Assembly (NCBI GenBank): GCA_028723545.1 | Contig: JAQYER010000059.1 | Coordinates: forward strand, 1-33,276 | Source of the DNA: Bacillales bacterium | Lineage (GTDB): Bacteria; Bacillota_I; Bacilli_A; RFN20; CAG-826 | Direction: 5' to 3' | DNA length: 33,276 nt | Part shown: piece after piece, positions 18,720-30,245 of the stretch | Layout of the letters: the number at the start of each line of letters is the position of its first letter | How positions within the stretch are numbered: position 1 is the first letter of the stretch | Position numbers and translations under genes: made by a program | Notes under the pieces: generated by a model | Databases searched by the model: none | Seen by the model: only the letters and a program-made list of their open reading frames with translations | What the model was told of the DNA's origin: nothing

Positions 18720-19262
18720 CTAGCGAGACTTAACCACAACAGTGATGTGGCTAGTTCTTTTAACAAGACCTGACGCGCTTCCTTTAGCACGTGGAAGATA
18801 TCTTTTCATTTTTAATCCATCGTTAGCATAGATAGTAGCGATATATAATGAGCTTTCTTCCATGCCGAAGTTGTTGATAGCATTTGCTGCAGCGCTTTTA
18901 ATAACTTTTGCAACGATTGGAGAAGCAGCTTTATTAACGTTTTCAAGGATACCGAGAGCTTCGTTAACATTTTTGCCTCTTACTAAATCTATTACTAAAC
19001 GCGCTTTACGTGGAGTGACGCGTACGTCATACGCGACCGCTCTTGCTTCAGTTCTTGCAGGTTTTTTAGGTTCTTCAACAACTTTCTTTGCTGCTTTTTT
19101 AGCTTTTGGAGCTTTTGCAGGTTTTTCTTCGACTACTGCTTTTTCTTCAACTGGTGCAGCTGTTTCAGCTTTAACTGCTTTTTTAGTTGTTTTCTTTGCA
19201 GTTGTTGATTTTTTAGTTGTTGATGTAGCTTTCTTGGCTACTTCTTTCTTTTCTTCTGCCAT
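18720..19262 (-). CDS. rplV: 50S ribosomal protein L22 with a long Lys/Ala/Glu-rich N-terminal extension
   Basis: Core [14 protein letters not shown]...SAAANA...PRAKG...[17 protein letters not shown] precedes the extended start. Confidence 0.97.
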   Translation of the reverse strand: MAEEKKEVAKKATSTTKKSTTAKKTTKKAVKAETAAPVEEKAVVEEKPAKAPKAKKAAKKVVEEPKKPARTEARAVAYDVRVTPRKARLVIDLVRGKNVNEALGILENVNKAASPIVAKVIKSAAANAINNFGMEESSLYIATIYANDGLKMKRYLPRAKGSASGLVKRTSHITVVVKSR

Positions 19263-19273
19263 TCTGCTACCTC

Positions 19274-19564
19274 CTATTTCTTAGCGGCTGCTCTATCTTC
19301 AGCGTTATTTCCGATGTGGCCATGGAATGTACGTGTAGGAGCGAATTCGCCGAGTTTATGTCCGACCATGTCTTCTGTAACATAGACGGTAATGTGTTCG
19401 CGGCCATTGTAGACAGCGAATGTGTGTTCAACGAATGAAGGGAAAATTGTTGAACGACGTGACCAAGTCTTGATGACTTCTTTTTTATTAGCCTTATTAA
19501 GTGCTTCAACTTTTTTCATTAAGCTTTCATCACAGAATGGGCCTTTTTTCAAACTACGTGCCAT
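19274..19564 (-). CDS. rpsS: 30S ribosomal protein S19
   Basis: [30 protein letters not shown]. Confidence 0.99.
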   Translation of the reverse strand: MARSLKKGPFCDESLMKKVEALNKANKKEVIKTWSRRSTIFPSFVEHTFAVYNGREHITVYVTEDMVGHKLGEFAPTRTFHGHIGNNAEDRAAAKK

Positions 19565-19583
19565 AACTTATTTTCTCCTTTCA

Positions 19584-20417
19584 TTATTTACCATTTCTTC
19601 TACGTACGATTAATTTAGTAGAAGGTTGTTTGTTGCGTCTTGTCTTAACACCAAGAGCTCTTTTACCCCAAGGTGTACGTGGTGCATCACGACCAACTGG
19701 ACACTTACCTTCACCACCACCGTGTGGGTGATCATTAGGGTTCATAACAGAACCACGAACGGTAGGACGTGTGCCAGCCCAACGTGTTTTACCAGCTTTT
19801 CCTTTATTAACAAGGATATAGTCTTCATTACCGACTACACCGATTGTTGCGCGGCATTCAGCTAAGACTTTACGGACTTCGCCAGATGCTAAACGAAGGA
19901 TAACGTGATTTCCTTCTTTACCAAGTACTTGTGCGCTTGTACCAGCAGCACGGCACATTTGGCCTCCCTTACCAGGTTGTAATTCAACATTGTGAACGAA
20001 TGTACCTTCAGGGATGTTCTTTAATTGAAGAGCGTTACCAACTTTGATATCGACTGCTTCACCAGAGACGATTTTATCTCCGACTTTTAATCCTTGTGGA
20101 GCAAGGATGTATCTTTTTTCTCCATCAGCATAACTGACAAGCATAATGTTTGCATTACGGTTTGGATCATATTCGACCGCTTTGATTGTACCAACGATTC
20201 CATCTTTGTTTCTCTTGAAATCAATGATTCTGTAACGACGTTTGTGTCCTCCACCGATATGACGTGTTGTAATAACGCCTTGGTTATTACGTCCGCCAGT
20301 CTTAGTTAATCTAACTGTTAAGCTTTTTTCAGGAGTGGACTTTGTGATTTCTTCAAACGTCAAGTTCGTCATGTTTCTACGTGATGGCGAAGTTGGTTTG
20401 TAAGTTCTAATTGACAT
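19584..20417 (-). CDS. rplB: 50S ribosomal protein L2
   Basis: [29 protein letters not shown]. Confidence 0.99.
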   Translation of the reverse strand: MSIRTYKPTSPSRRNMTNLTFEEITKSTPEKSLTVRLTKTGGRNNQGVITTRHIGGGHKRRYRIIDFKRNKDGIVGTIKAVEYDPNRNANIMLVSYADGEKRYILAPQGLKVGDKIVSGEAVDIKVGNALQLKNIPEGTFVHNVELQPGKGGQMCRAAGTSAQVLGKEGNHVILRLASGEVRKVLAECRATIGVVGNEDYILVNKGKAGKTRWAGTRPTVRGSVMNPNDHPHGGGEGKCPVGRDAPRTPWGKRALGVKTRRNKQPSTKLIVRRRNGK

Positions 20418-20449
20418 ATAAACCTCCTATATTTGGAATAAGAACTAAA

Positions 20450-20785
20450 TTATTCCTTGAATAAGTCAATTGCAGCACCGTCTGCGACAGTGACAATTGC
20501 TTTTTTGAATCCAGAGATAGAACCTTGATAACGTCCACCTCTAGTTGTCTTCTTGGCAACAACGTTGACAATGTTGACATCAGTAACTTTGACGTTGAAG
20601 ATGTTTTCGAATGCTTTTCTAACTTCAGCGCGATTAGCTTTAGCAGAAACTTCAACTGTTACTTTATTTTGCTCTTGCATAAGAGTCATTGTTTTTTCAG
20701 TGATAACAGGTCTAATAATTGTATCGAAGTCATGAATTGTTGCTTTTGATACAGTTTCAGCTGCTTTAGATACTTTTTTAGCCAT
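20450..20785 (-). CDS. rplW: 50S ribosomal protein L23
   Basis: IIRPVITEK, IFNVKV, KKAIVT. Confidence 0.97.
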   Translation of the reverse strand: MAKKVSKAAETVSKATIHDFDTIIRPVITEKTMTLMQEQNKVTVEVSAKANRAEVRKAFENIFNVKVTDVNIVNVVAKKTTRGGRYQGSISGFKKAIVTVADGAAIDLFKE

Positions 20786-20786
20786 A

Positions 20787-21422
20787 TTACTTCAATGCCT
20801 CCTCAACCATCTTAACGGTTGCTTTGTCCATAATAACGTTATCGAAGTACATTAAGTCATAAACAGAAACGTTTGTAACTGGTGTAACAACAACGTTAGC
20901 AATGTTAGCTGCTGATGCGATGAGGTTTTCATCTAAATCAGAGATAACAATGAGGGATTTCTTGTCAGCTTTAAGAGCTTTGAGCATAGCGACGACATTC
21001 TTTGTTTTGATTGAGTCAAATTTGAATTCATCGACGACAATTAATCCATTTTTAGCTTGTGCGCTATAAGCACACTTGAGAGCTAATTTGTGTTCCTTAC
21101 GGTTTTGAGAGAGCTTGTGGTTTTGAACACCTGTAGGTCCAAATACGCATCCACCGCCAACCCAAATTGGAGATCTTGTGGAACCAGCACGGGCACGGCC
21201 TGTACCTTTTTGTCTCCATGGTTTTTTACCACCACCACTGACTTCATCACGCTTTTTTGTTTTAGCTGTGTCTTGTCTCATGTTTGCTTGATAGACGAGA
21301 ACAGCATCATGCATGACTTGTTTGTTTTCTTCTACTCCGAAGACAGAAGCGTTGAGTGAGAGTGATTCGACTTTTTCGCCAGCCATATTGACTACAGCGA
21401 CACTAACTTTTTTAGTTGCCAT
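20787..21422 (-). CDS. rplD: 50S ribosomal protein L4
   Basis: VSGGGKKPWRQKGTGRARAGS. Confidence 0.99.
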   Translation of the reverse strand: MATKKVSVAVVNMAGEKVESLSLNASVFGVEENKQVMHDAVLVYQANMRQDTAKTKKRDEVSGGGKKPWRQKGTGRARAGSTRSPIWVGGGCVFGPTGVQNHKLSQNRKEHKLALKCAYSAQAKNGLIVVDEFKFDSIKTKNVVAMLKALKADKKSLIVISDLDENLIASAANIANVVVTPVTNVSVYDLMYFDNVIMDKATVKMVEEALK

Positions 21423-21427
21423 GCGAA

Positions 21428-22111
21428 TTATTCTCCTTTCTCAACAACAGCAAGTGTTTTAACTTCTTCTGGCTTGCCGAGTTGAACTTTTACTGCGCTA
21501 CGAATTGTAACGATTGATTTTTTGGCTCCTGGAACTGAACCTCTAATGAGAATATAGTTCTTATCAGCGTTTGCTTCGATAACTAATTGATTGAGAATAG
21601 TTGCAGATTTGTTTCCCATGTGTCCTGACATGTGTTTGCCTGGAATAACGCGGTTATTGCAACGTCCGTTATTAGCGAAGGAACCTTGTTGTCTGTGGTA
21701 TCCAGATCCGTGACCTTTAGGACCAATCTTTCCACCCCAGCGTTTGATTGTACCAGCATATCCACGACCTTTTGATGTTCCGATTACGTCGACAACATCG
21801 CCAGCTTTGAAGATATCTGCTTTGATTTCATCTCCAACTTTGTATGAGAGCATTTCGTCGCCTTTGATTTCCATTAAGACTTTAGTTGCCTTAACACCAG
21901 CTTTTTCGAAATGACCTTTTTCGGCTTTGTTTACTTTAGATTCTTTCTTTTCTTCAATACCGACTTGGAGAGCGTCATAACCATCTTTTTCAGTTGTCTT
22001 TACTTGAGTGACAACGTTAGGTAAGACTTCAACAACAGTGACAGCATACATTGTGCCATCTTGAGCGAAGACTTCAGTCATGCCCATTTTGCGTCCAACG
22101 ATTTGTTTCAT
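21428..22111 (-). CDS. rplC: 50S ribosomal protein L3
   Basis: GRKMGMT, DGYDALQVG, VDVIGTSKGRG, GSVPG. Confidence 0.98.
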   Translation of the reverse strand: MKQIVGRKMGMTEVFAQDGTMYAVTVVEVLPNVVTQVKTTEKDGYDALQVGIEEKKESKVNKAEKGHFEKAGVKATKVLMEIKGDEMLSYKVGDEIKADIFKAGDVVDVIGTSKGRGYAGTIKRWGGKIGPKGHGSGYHRQQGSFANNGRCNNRVIPGKHMSGHMGNKSATILNQLVIEANADKNYILIRGSVPGAKKSIVTIRSAVKVQLGKPEEVKTLAVVEKGE

Positions 22112-22125
22112 TGTCTCGAGCCTCC

Positions 22126-22437
22126 TTATAACTTGATATCAATATCGACACCGCTTGGAAGATCGAGCTTTCTTAATTGTTCGACAGTTTCCTTGGTTGG
22201 ATTTTTGATATCGATTAATCTTTTGTGTGTTCTAATTTCAAATTGTTCACGAGAATCTTTGTACTTATGGACAGCACGTAAGATTGTGTAAACTTGACGT
22301 TCCGTTGGGAGCGGAATTGGGCCAACAACACTAGCGCCAGTTTTTTTCGCTGCAATTACGATCTTTTCAACAGACATATCGAGTACTCTGTGATCATAAG
22401 CTTGAAGACGAACCCTGATTGTTTTACTTTTCGCCAT
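22126..22437 (-). CDS. rpsJ: 30S ribosomal protein S10
   Basis: [33 protein letters not shown]. Confidence 0.99.
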   Translation of the reverse strand: MAKSKTIRVRLQAYDHRVLDMSVEKIVIAAKKTGASVVGPIPLPTERQVYTILRAVHKYKDSREQFEIRTHKRLIDIKNPTKETVEQLRKLDLPSGVDIDIKL

Positions 22438-22464
22438 GAATTTTTCCTCCTACATTTCTTTTCA

Positions 22465-22562
22465 GGCATTTAACGATGCTCCATGCGAATTACCTGATCA
22501 CCAATTTCATGACAACGCCTGATGGTGTATCAGCAACCTCGCATATCAATGCAGACGTTAAC
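22465..22562 (-). ncRNA. S10 (rpsJ) operon leader RNA, Bacilli type
   Basis: Nested pairing AUGCGA/UCGCAU, UUGCUGAU/AUCAGGUAA and CACCA/UGGUG. GAGGUUGCUGA-ACAC and UUGYCAUG cores resemble the Bacillus rpsJ 5' leader (from memory, not aligned). Confidence 0.75.
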
Positions 22563-22569
22563 GATTGGT

Positions 22570-22598
22570 ATAATACTCCTATATTTTATATAAGGCAA
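22570..22598 (-). promoter_or_regulatory. Sigma70 promoter of the S10 operon
   Basis: Minus strand TTGCCT (22593-22598), 17 nt, TATTAT (22570-22575), with an A-rich UP-like tract upstream. Confidence 0.7.
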
Positions 22599-22630
22599 CA
22601 ATTTTTTTATTATTTTTTCCGAAAGTTAAC

Positions 22631-22662
22631 AAAAAGCTGAGTGATTTCCACCCAGTTTTTTT
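22631..22662 (-). terminator. Intrinsic terminator after the tgt-queA-queH-acyltransferase unit
   Basis: Minus strand AACTGGGTG-GAAAT-CACTCAGCT followed by TTTT. Confidence 0.8.
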
Positions 22663-22674
22663 GAAATTTTTTTG

Positions 22675-23958
22675 TTATTTTTTGGTTTTTTCGTATGTTT
22701 TTAACTGGCTATAAAGCTCAACAAATTTTTGATGAAGTATCTCAGTTAATTTCACAATTGTTTCTTTTTGTTTTAATTGTTCTTCACTAAATATTTCACT
22801 AGGAATTATTTTCTTTCCAATCATTACATGATTGCGATGGAAAGGTTTGTATTCTTTTAAAGGAATATTTATGTATATTGGAGTGTTGGTTGAAATAGCG
22901 AAATACGCTGCTCCATTCATGAATTCACCAATCTCATTTTTGACAATTTTTCCTTCAGGATAAATACCCACTACTCCATTACATTTTAAAATGTTTCTTG
23001 TATCAATCATTAATTTTGGATCATTTTGTCCTTTTGTGCGGTTATATTTGATTACTCCGAGGTGTTTTACGATCTTAACTGAATTAAATGCATCATCACC
23101 AATAATGATTCTTGTTCTTCTTGTCCAATAATCAACTGTTAATATTGGTGGGTCAGTTAATCCATTATGTTTAGAAACAATAATTGCTCTTCCTTTAATC
23201 GTCTTATCGTTTTTCTTATTTGCCCCTTCTTCATAATGGACTTTGGTTGGGAAAACTAACCATTGACTAATTTTGCAAAAGAAGCGAAGGGAATCGAAAA
23301 CAAACCAATGAAAATCAATTTTGTTCCACGCTTTATATTTTTCATATAATTCGATTTGGTGTCCCAATTCTTTTACTTTGCTTCGAAGCATTTCACATAA
23401 TTGTTTGACTTTTTCAGAGCTTGGAATTTTTTCATTGCAATATTTTGTCAAATCAATTGGTTTACCAACATTTATTCTTTTTCTAGATAATGGACCATTA
23501 TGAGAAATATAAACCGGAATGATTGGAGTGTTTGTTCTTAACGCTAAATAAACAGCAGCAGGTTTAAATGTATCTAAGTCTTTTTCTTTAACAAATCTTC
23601 CTTCTGGGAATATACAAATAACATCGCCTTTATCTAATCTTTTTTCACATTCACTCATAAAAGATAAATCACTTCTTTCACGATGAACTAAGATGTTACC
23701 CACACATTTACAGAAAAACGCTAAAAGCTTTTTTTGATATATTAATTCAGACACTAGTGTTCTTACTCTTTTAAAGAAGAATGTTAAATATATAACAAAG
23801 AAATCACTGATGTTTTTATGATTGGCAATAACAATTGCTTTTCCTTTAATATGTTTGGTTTTTGCTTTTCGATCTTCACTATAAAATTTTGGTCGAAAAG
23901 CAATTAGCCCAGGAAGCCATCCAGTTATTTTGAATAAAATTCTCGCTAACCAAGTCAT
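22675..23958 (-). CDS. Tandem two-domain PlsC-like (lysophospholipid) acyltransferase
   Basis: Domain 1 NHKNISD...IFPEG...TPIIPV; domain 2 KHNGLTD...IYPEG...TPIY. Both HxxxxD motifs are intact. Confidence 0.88.
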   Translation of the reverse strand: MTWLARILFKITGWLPGLIAFRPKFYSEDRKAKTKHIKGKAIVIANHKNISDFFVIYLTFFFKRVRTLVSELIYQKKLLAFFCKCVGNILVHRERSDLSFMSECEKRLDKGDVICIFPEGRFVKEKDLDTFKPAAVYLALRTNTPIIPVYISHNGPLSRKRINVGKPIDLTKYCNEKIPSSEKVKQLCEMLRSKVKELGHQIELYEKYKAWNKIDFHWFVFDSLRFFCKISQWLVFPTKVHYEEGANKKNDKTIKGRAIIVSKHNGLTDPPILTVDYWTRRTRIIIGDDAFNSVKIVKHLGVIKYNRTKGQNDPKLMIDTRNILKCNGVVGIYPEGKIVKNEIGEFMNGAAYFAISTNTPIYINIPLKEYKPFHRNHVMIGKKIIPSEIFSEEQLKQKETIVKLTEILHQKFVELYSQLKTYEKTKK

Positions 23959-24614
23959 TTATTGTTTCTTTCCTTTTCTTTTTCTAAACCTTGCTGATAT
24001 GTGTATTTGCATCCACAATATAATTGTTGATATAAATCGTAATGGATTCTCATTTCACGAGCAATATCTATTCCTTTATTTTTCTTGAAATCAGAATAAA
24101 AATATTTAGTGAATTGATGTTCTTTTTCTAATTTTTTACCAATTTCATTTAATATTTGTGAATTCTTTTGACGTGAAATAGTCATCACTGTGGTGAAATA
24201 ATCAAACTTTTGTTCTTCAGCGAAATCATATGCCTCTTTCATTCTTTTTTCATAGCATAAATGGCACCTGTTTCCGCCTTCTTTTTCGTCTTTATATGGT
24301 TCTAAATCTAAATTATATTTATCATTATCATAATCTGTCTTAATAACTTTAACATCATATCCATAATCTTGTTTAAAAAAAGAAAGAAATTTGATTAATT
24401 CTTCATATCGACGATTATATTCTTTTTCTGGATAAATATTAGAATTATTAAAATAAATTGTTACATCAAAATGAGGTGTTAAATATAGCAAAGGAAAACA
24501 AGAACACGGACCACAGCAAACATGCAAAAGAATGGATGGTTTTGTATTACTTTTTTCAATTTCTTGAATCTTTTTTTCACTAATTTGAAAATAATTAATT
24601 TTTCTTGTTTCCAT
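23955..24614 (-). CDS. queH: Epoxyqueuosine reductase QueH (DUF208); start moved to METRKINY
   Basis: LLHVCCGPCS, NSNIYP..EY..R, RCHLCY..RM, YQQLYCGC; directly follows queA. Confidence 0.93.
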   Translation of the reverse strand: METRKINYFQISEKKIQEIEKSNTKPSILLHVCCGPCSCFPLLYLTPHFDVTIYFNNSNIYPEKEYNRRYEELIKFLSFFKQDYGYDVKVIKTDYDNDKYNLDLEPYKDEKEGGNRCHLCYEKRMKEAYDFAEEQKFDYFTTVMTISRQKNSQILNEIGKKLEKEHQFTKYFYSDFKKNKGIDIAREMRIHYDLYQQLYCGCKYTYQQGLEKEKERNNK

Positions 24615-25634
24615 ATATGAACATTGAATCGCCAAAACTAAAGAAGCGATATTGTTTTTCAATCGCGTGTTTATATACTTCTAAAGTGAATTCTCTTCCC
24701 ATTAACGCACTGACAAGCATGATTAAAGTTGATTTTGGCAAATGGAAATTGGTAATCAAACAATCAATCGCTTTGAATTCATAACCTGGTTTAATAAATA
24801 TTGCTGTATCTTCTTTGCATTCAACAAATTTATGATGCTTTTGCATTACTGATTCCAAAGTTCTTGTCGAAGTTGTTCCAATTGCGATAATTCGACGATT
24901 TTCTTCTTTGGCTTTGTTTAAAATGTCCGCAGTTTCTTGACTCATTTCATAATGTTCAGTATGCATTTTATGATTATCAACATCTTTCTCTTTTACTGGT
25001 TTAAATGTTCCTAAACCAATATGAAGAGTAACATCGACTACTGTCACACCCATTTTCTTAATTTTGTCAAATAATTCATCAGTGAAATGGAATCCCGCTG
25101 TTGGAGCAGCTGCGCTTCCTAATATTTTTGCATACACTGTTTGATAACGGTCATTATCTTCGCATTGTTTTTTAATATATGGAGGTAATGGCATATTACC
25201 TATTTCATTTAATATTTCCATAAATATTCCATCATAAATAAATTCCATGATGCGAATACCTTCTTCTTTGACTTCTAAGCATTTAGCTTTTAAAAGTCCA
25301 TCTTTAAAATCAATCACAGAACCAACTTTAATCGGTTTAGCGTTTCCGCATAAACATTCCCAAACATCGCCTTGAATTTGATGAAGTAATAATACTTCCA
25401 CATGAGCGTTAGTTTGTTCTTTATGTCCAAATAATCTAGCCGGAATTACTTTGGTGTTATTTCTCACTAAAACATCACCAGGTTTTAAATAATCAACAAT
25501 ATCATGAAATATTTTATCTTCATAAGTTTTATTATCGTTATTAATTGCTAAAAGACGAGATTCATCTCTTTTTAATGAAGGGGTTTGGGCAATTAAATGC
25601 TGAGGTAAATCAAAATCAAATAAATCTATATCCA

Positions 25635-25635
<1 letters not shown>
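24595..25635 (-). CDS. queA: SAM:tRNA ribosyltransferase-isomerase
   Basis: FDFDLP..LIAQ, MPLPPYI, YQTVYA, AAPTAGFHF, TNFHLPKSTL, YRFFSFGD. Confidence 0.98.
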
Positions 25636-26765
<1,130 letters not shown>

Positions 26766-26798
26766 TTAATTATACACATATATAAAATAAATTCTATT

Positions 26799-27245
26799 TT
26801 ATTCAGTTAAAACATCATCTAATGACAAGAATTTTTTCTTTTTATCAGATGCGTGTTTTAATATTTCAAAATACACTAAATGGTCATTTTCATCAGCAAT
26901 AGATGGTTCGATTTTCATAACTTTACAAACCATTTGGACTTTTGAATCAGGGATAAGAATAGCTGAATCAATAATTGATATATCCACATCGTGAAATTTA
27001 TTAAATGAAGTAGAATGATTATCACCAAAAATTAATGCGATATCATCTTGTTTTTTAGCTAATGAAGAAACGCCAACAATATCGCCAACTTCTAAATTGT
27101 TACCAGTTTCAGATTGCCCACCTAAAAGCATTAATAAAACATTGTGATCAATCATCATAGCCCATGCACAAGTCATGCCATATTTTTGATTATTTTTTTG
27201 ATACGCAACAACGTTGCAACCCATATTAACTGCGTGTAATCCCAT
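26799..27245 (-). CDS. Flavin reductase-like (FMN-binding split barrel) protein; start moved to MGLHAV
   Basis: YGMTCAWA, VGVSSL, FG..HS...KF, DHLVYFE pattern. AAGGAG RBS at 27253-27258. Confidence 0.7.
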   Translation of the reverse strand: MGLHAVNMGCNVVAYQKNNQKYGMTCAWAMMIDHNVLLMLLGGQSETGNNLEVGDIVGVSSLAKKQDDIALIFGDNHSTSFNKFHDVDISIIDSAILIPDSKVQMVCKVMKIEPSIADENDHLVYFEILKHASDKKKKFLSLDDVLTE

Positions 27246-27256
27246 CTTAATTCTCC

Positions 27257-27829
27257 TTACCAATATTTAACTCCCAATAACACTACTTTTTTATTAGCTT
27301 CTGCTTTTGATAAAACGTGTTCTAGTTTTGGAAGATTATTATCAATTAAATAATTATTTAATGTTGATGAATTAATCCAATAAAATAATCCTTCTTCCTC
27401 TAAAGAATGTTTTGGATCTTTTTTATACATTTCATTTAATAAATAATATAGCTTTCCATCTTTATAACAATAATTATCTGGATGATAATCTAAATCAAAT
27501 TTGTATAACCTCGCAAAACGATACATATTAAATAATAATTCAATGGCTTTTTCTTCTAGTTCATTTTTAGATAAATCAATTAGACAATTTTCTTTATCGA
27601 TATATTGTCTAATAATAATTAATTCTTTTTTTGATTTAGAAACAATTTTAGGAATTGTTATTCCATGTTTATTTAATGATTTATTGACTTCAATATATCT
27701 TTTATAATCTTCTAAATCATCAAAATGAATATATTCATATTTTTTGTCTTTATGAATAACAATGCGATGTTCATTTTGAATTTCCCAAGTTAATGAATAT
27801 GTTTTAAATCCAATTTTTATTTGTTCCAT
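27257..27829 (-). CDS. Hypothetical protein with protein-kinase-like features
   Basis: E...L..HGITIPKI, IIRQYID, DYHPDNY..KDGKLY resemble kinase/APH subdomains; no DFG-type Asp. Confidence 0.5.
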   Translation of the reverse strand: MEQIKIGFKTYSLTWEIQNEHRIVIHKDKKYEYIHFDDLEDYKRYIEVNKSLNKHGITIPKIVSKSKKELIIIRQYIDKENCLIDLSKNELEEKAIELLFNMYRFARLYKFDLDYHPDNYCYKDGKLYYLLNEMYKKDPKHSLEEEGLFYWINSSTLNNYLIDNNLPKLEHVLSKAEANKKVVLLGVKYW

Positions 27830-27865
27830 ATTTCAAATTTTATCACATTGTTATATAGTTAAACT
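27830..27865. promoter_or_regulatory. Back-to-back -10 elements predicting two divergent leaderless mRNAs
   Basis: Minus strand TGTGaTAAAAT (hexamer 27837-27842) is 7 nt from ATG 27829. Plus strand TATAGT (27854-27859) is 6 nt from ATG 27866. No SD on either side. Confidence 0.55.
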
Positions 27866-28390
27866 ATGGTAAAAAAAGATAATTCAAAAAGTATACCTTT
27901 AGAAATATTAAGATTTGTTGTCGTAGGATTAGGTTCGACACTAATTGATTATGGAGTTCATTCAATAATGGGCTTTATTTTAAAAAGCTCATCTATTTCA
28001 TCTTCATTAAACAATGCGATATGTGTGGCGTCTGGATTTTTAATTTCAGTTATTTTCAATTATATTTTAAGTTCAATTTGGGTTTATAAAAACGTTGATA
28101 AAGACGTAAATAAAAAATCCCCAAAATCAATGATGTTATTTTTGTTTTTATCCACAATAGGATTATTTATTGGCATTGGTTTATGGGAATTAGGAGCGTA
28201 TAAAGCTTTAATTGATTTAAATATTAATAATTTAAATAGTTGGACAGAAGGATTGTTTACTAATAATTTTGATTTTTCAAAATTTTTCTGGTTTACATTT
28301 TATTTCTGCTTTAAAACATTAATTACTCTCGTTTGGAATTATCTATCTCGAAAATTATTTATATTCAAAGCCCCAAAAGAACAAAAATAA
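27866..28390 (+). CDS. GtrA family membrane protein
   Basis: EILRFVVVG..STLIDY, FNYILS..WVY, WNYLSRKLFIFK; about 4 TM helices. Confidence 0.88.
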   Translation: MVKKDNSKSIPLEILRFVVVGLGSTLIDYGVHSIMGFILKSSSISSSLNNAICVASGFLISVIFNYILSSIWVYKNVDKDVNKKSPKSMMLFLFLSTIGLFIGIGLWELGAYKALIDLNINNLNSWTEGLFTNNFDFSKFFWFTFYFCFKTLITLVWNYLSRKLFIFKAPKEQK

Positions 28391-28391
28391 A

Positions 28392-28736
28392 TTATTTCTT
28401 GCGTGATTTTTCTTTATATTCATCATATTTTTTTGATGAACCTTTTACTAATGAAGCTGGATATTTATTTTCGTTTATTATTAATTTTTCATTTATTATT
28501 TCATCTAAATCAAGATGATATGCGTCCGATAATAAAATGGAATACATTAAAACATCTGCGAGTTCTTCTTTAACTTTATCAATGGATTTTTCTTCTTTTG
28601 TATATTGAAATACTTCTAATAATTCTCCCGCTTCAATTAAAATCGATTTAGCGAGGTTTTCACCACTATGAAATTGTTTCCAGTCTCTTTCGTCTCTAAA
28701 TTTAATTAATCGGTTAATTGTTTCGTCTTTAATCAT
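28392..28736 (-). CDS. MazG-like nucleotide pyrophosphohydrolase (dCTPase type); start moved to MIKDET
   Basis: FRDERDWKQFH, EAGELLEVFQ, EELADV, N..KYP. GAGGA RBS. Confidence 0.9.
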   Translation of the reverse strand: MIKDETINRLIKFRDERDWKQFHSGENLAKSILIEAGELLEVFQYTKEEKSIDKVKEELADVLMYSILLSDAYHLDLDEIINEKLIINENKYPASLVKGSSKKYDEYKEKSRKK

Positions 28737-28772
28737 GTTTATTATCCTCAACTAATAATATTATATAAAAAA

Positions 28773-28807
28773 TTAAAAAGGAGTTTAAATAAATAAACCC
28801 CTTTTAA
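28773..28807 (-). terminator. Intrinsic terminator after eno
   Basis: Minus strand AAAAGGGGTTTA...TAAACTCCTTTTT. Confidence 0.8.
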
Positions 28808-28824
28808 CAATTTTAGATAATTAA

Positions 28825-30198
<1,374 letters not shown>

Positions 30199-30245
30199 TT
30201 ATTAGTGAACAATAAAGTAAAATGTTAATAAATATTAATCGATTT

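Noticed and set aside
7470-22130. Frequent TAAT stop context across ribosomal genes
   Set aside because: This is the known efficient termination signal in highly expressed genes.
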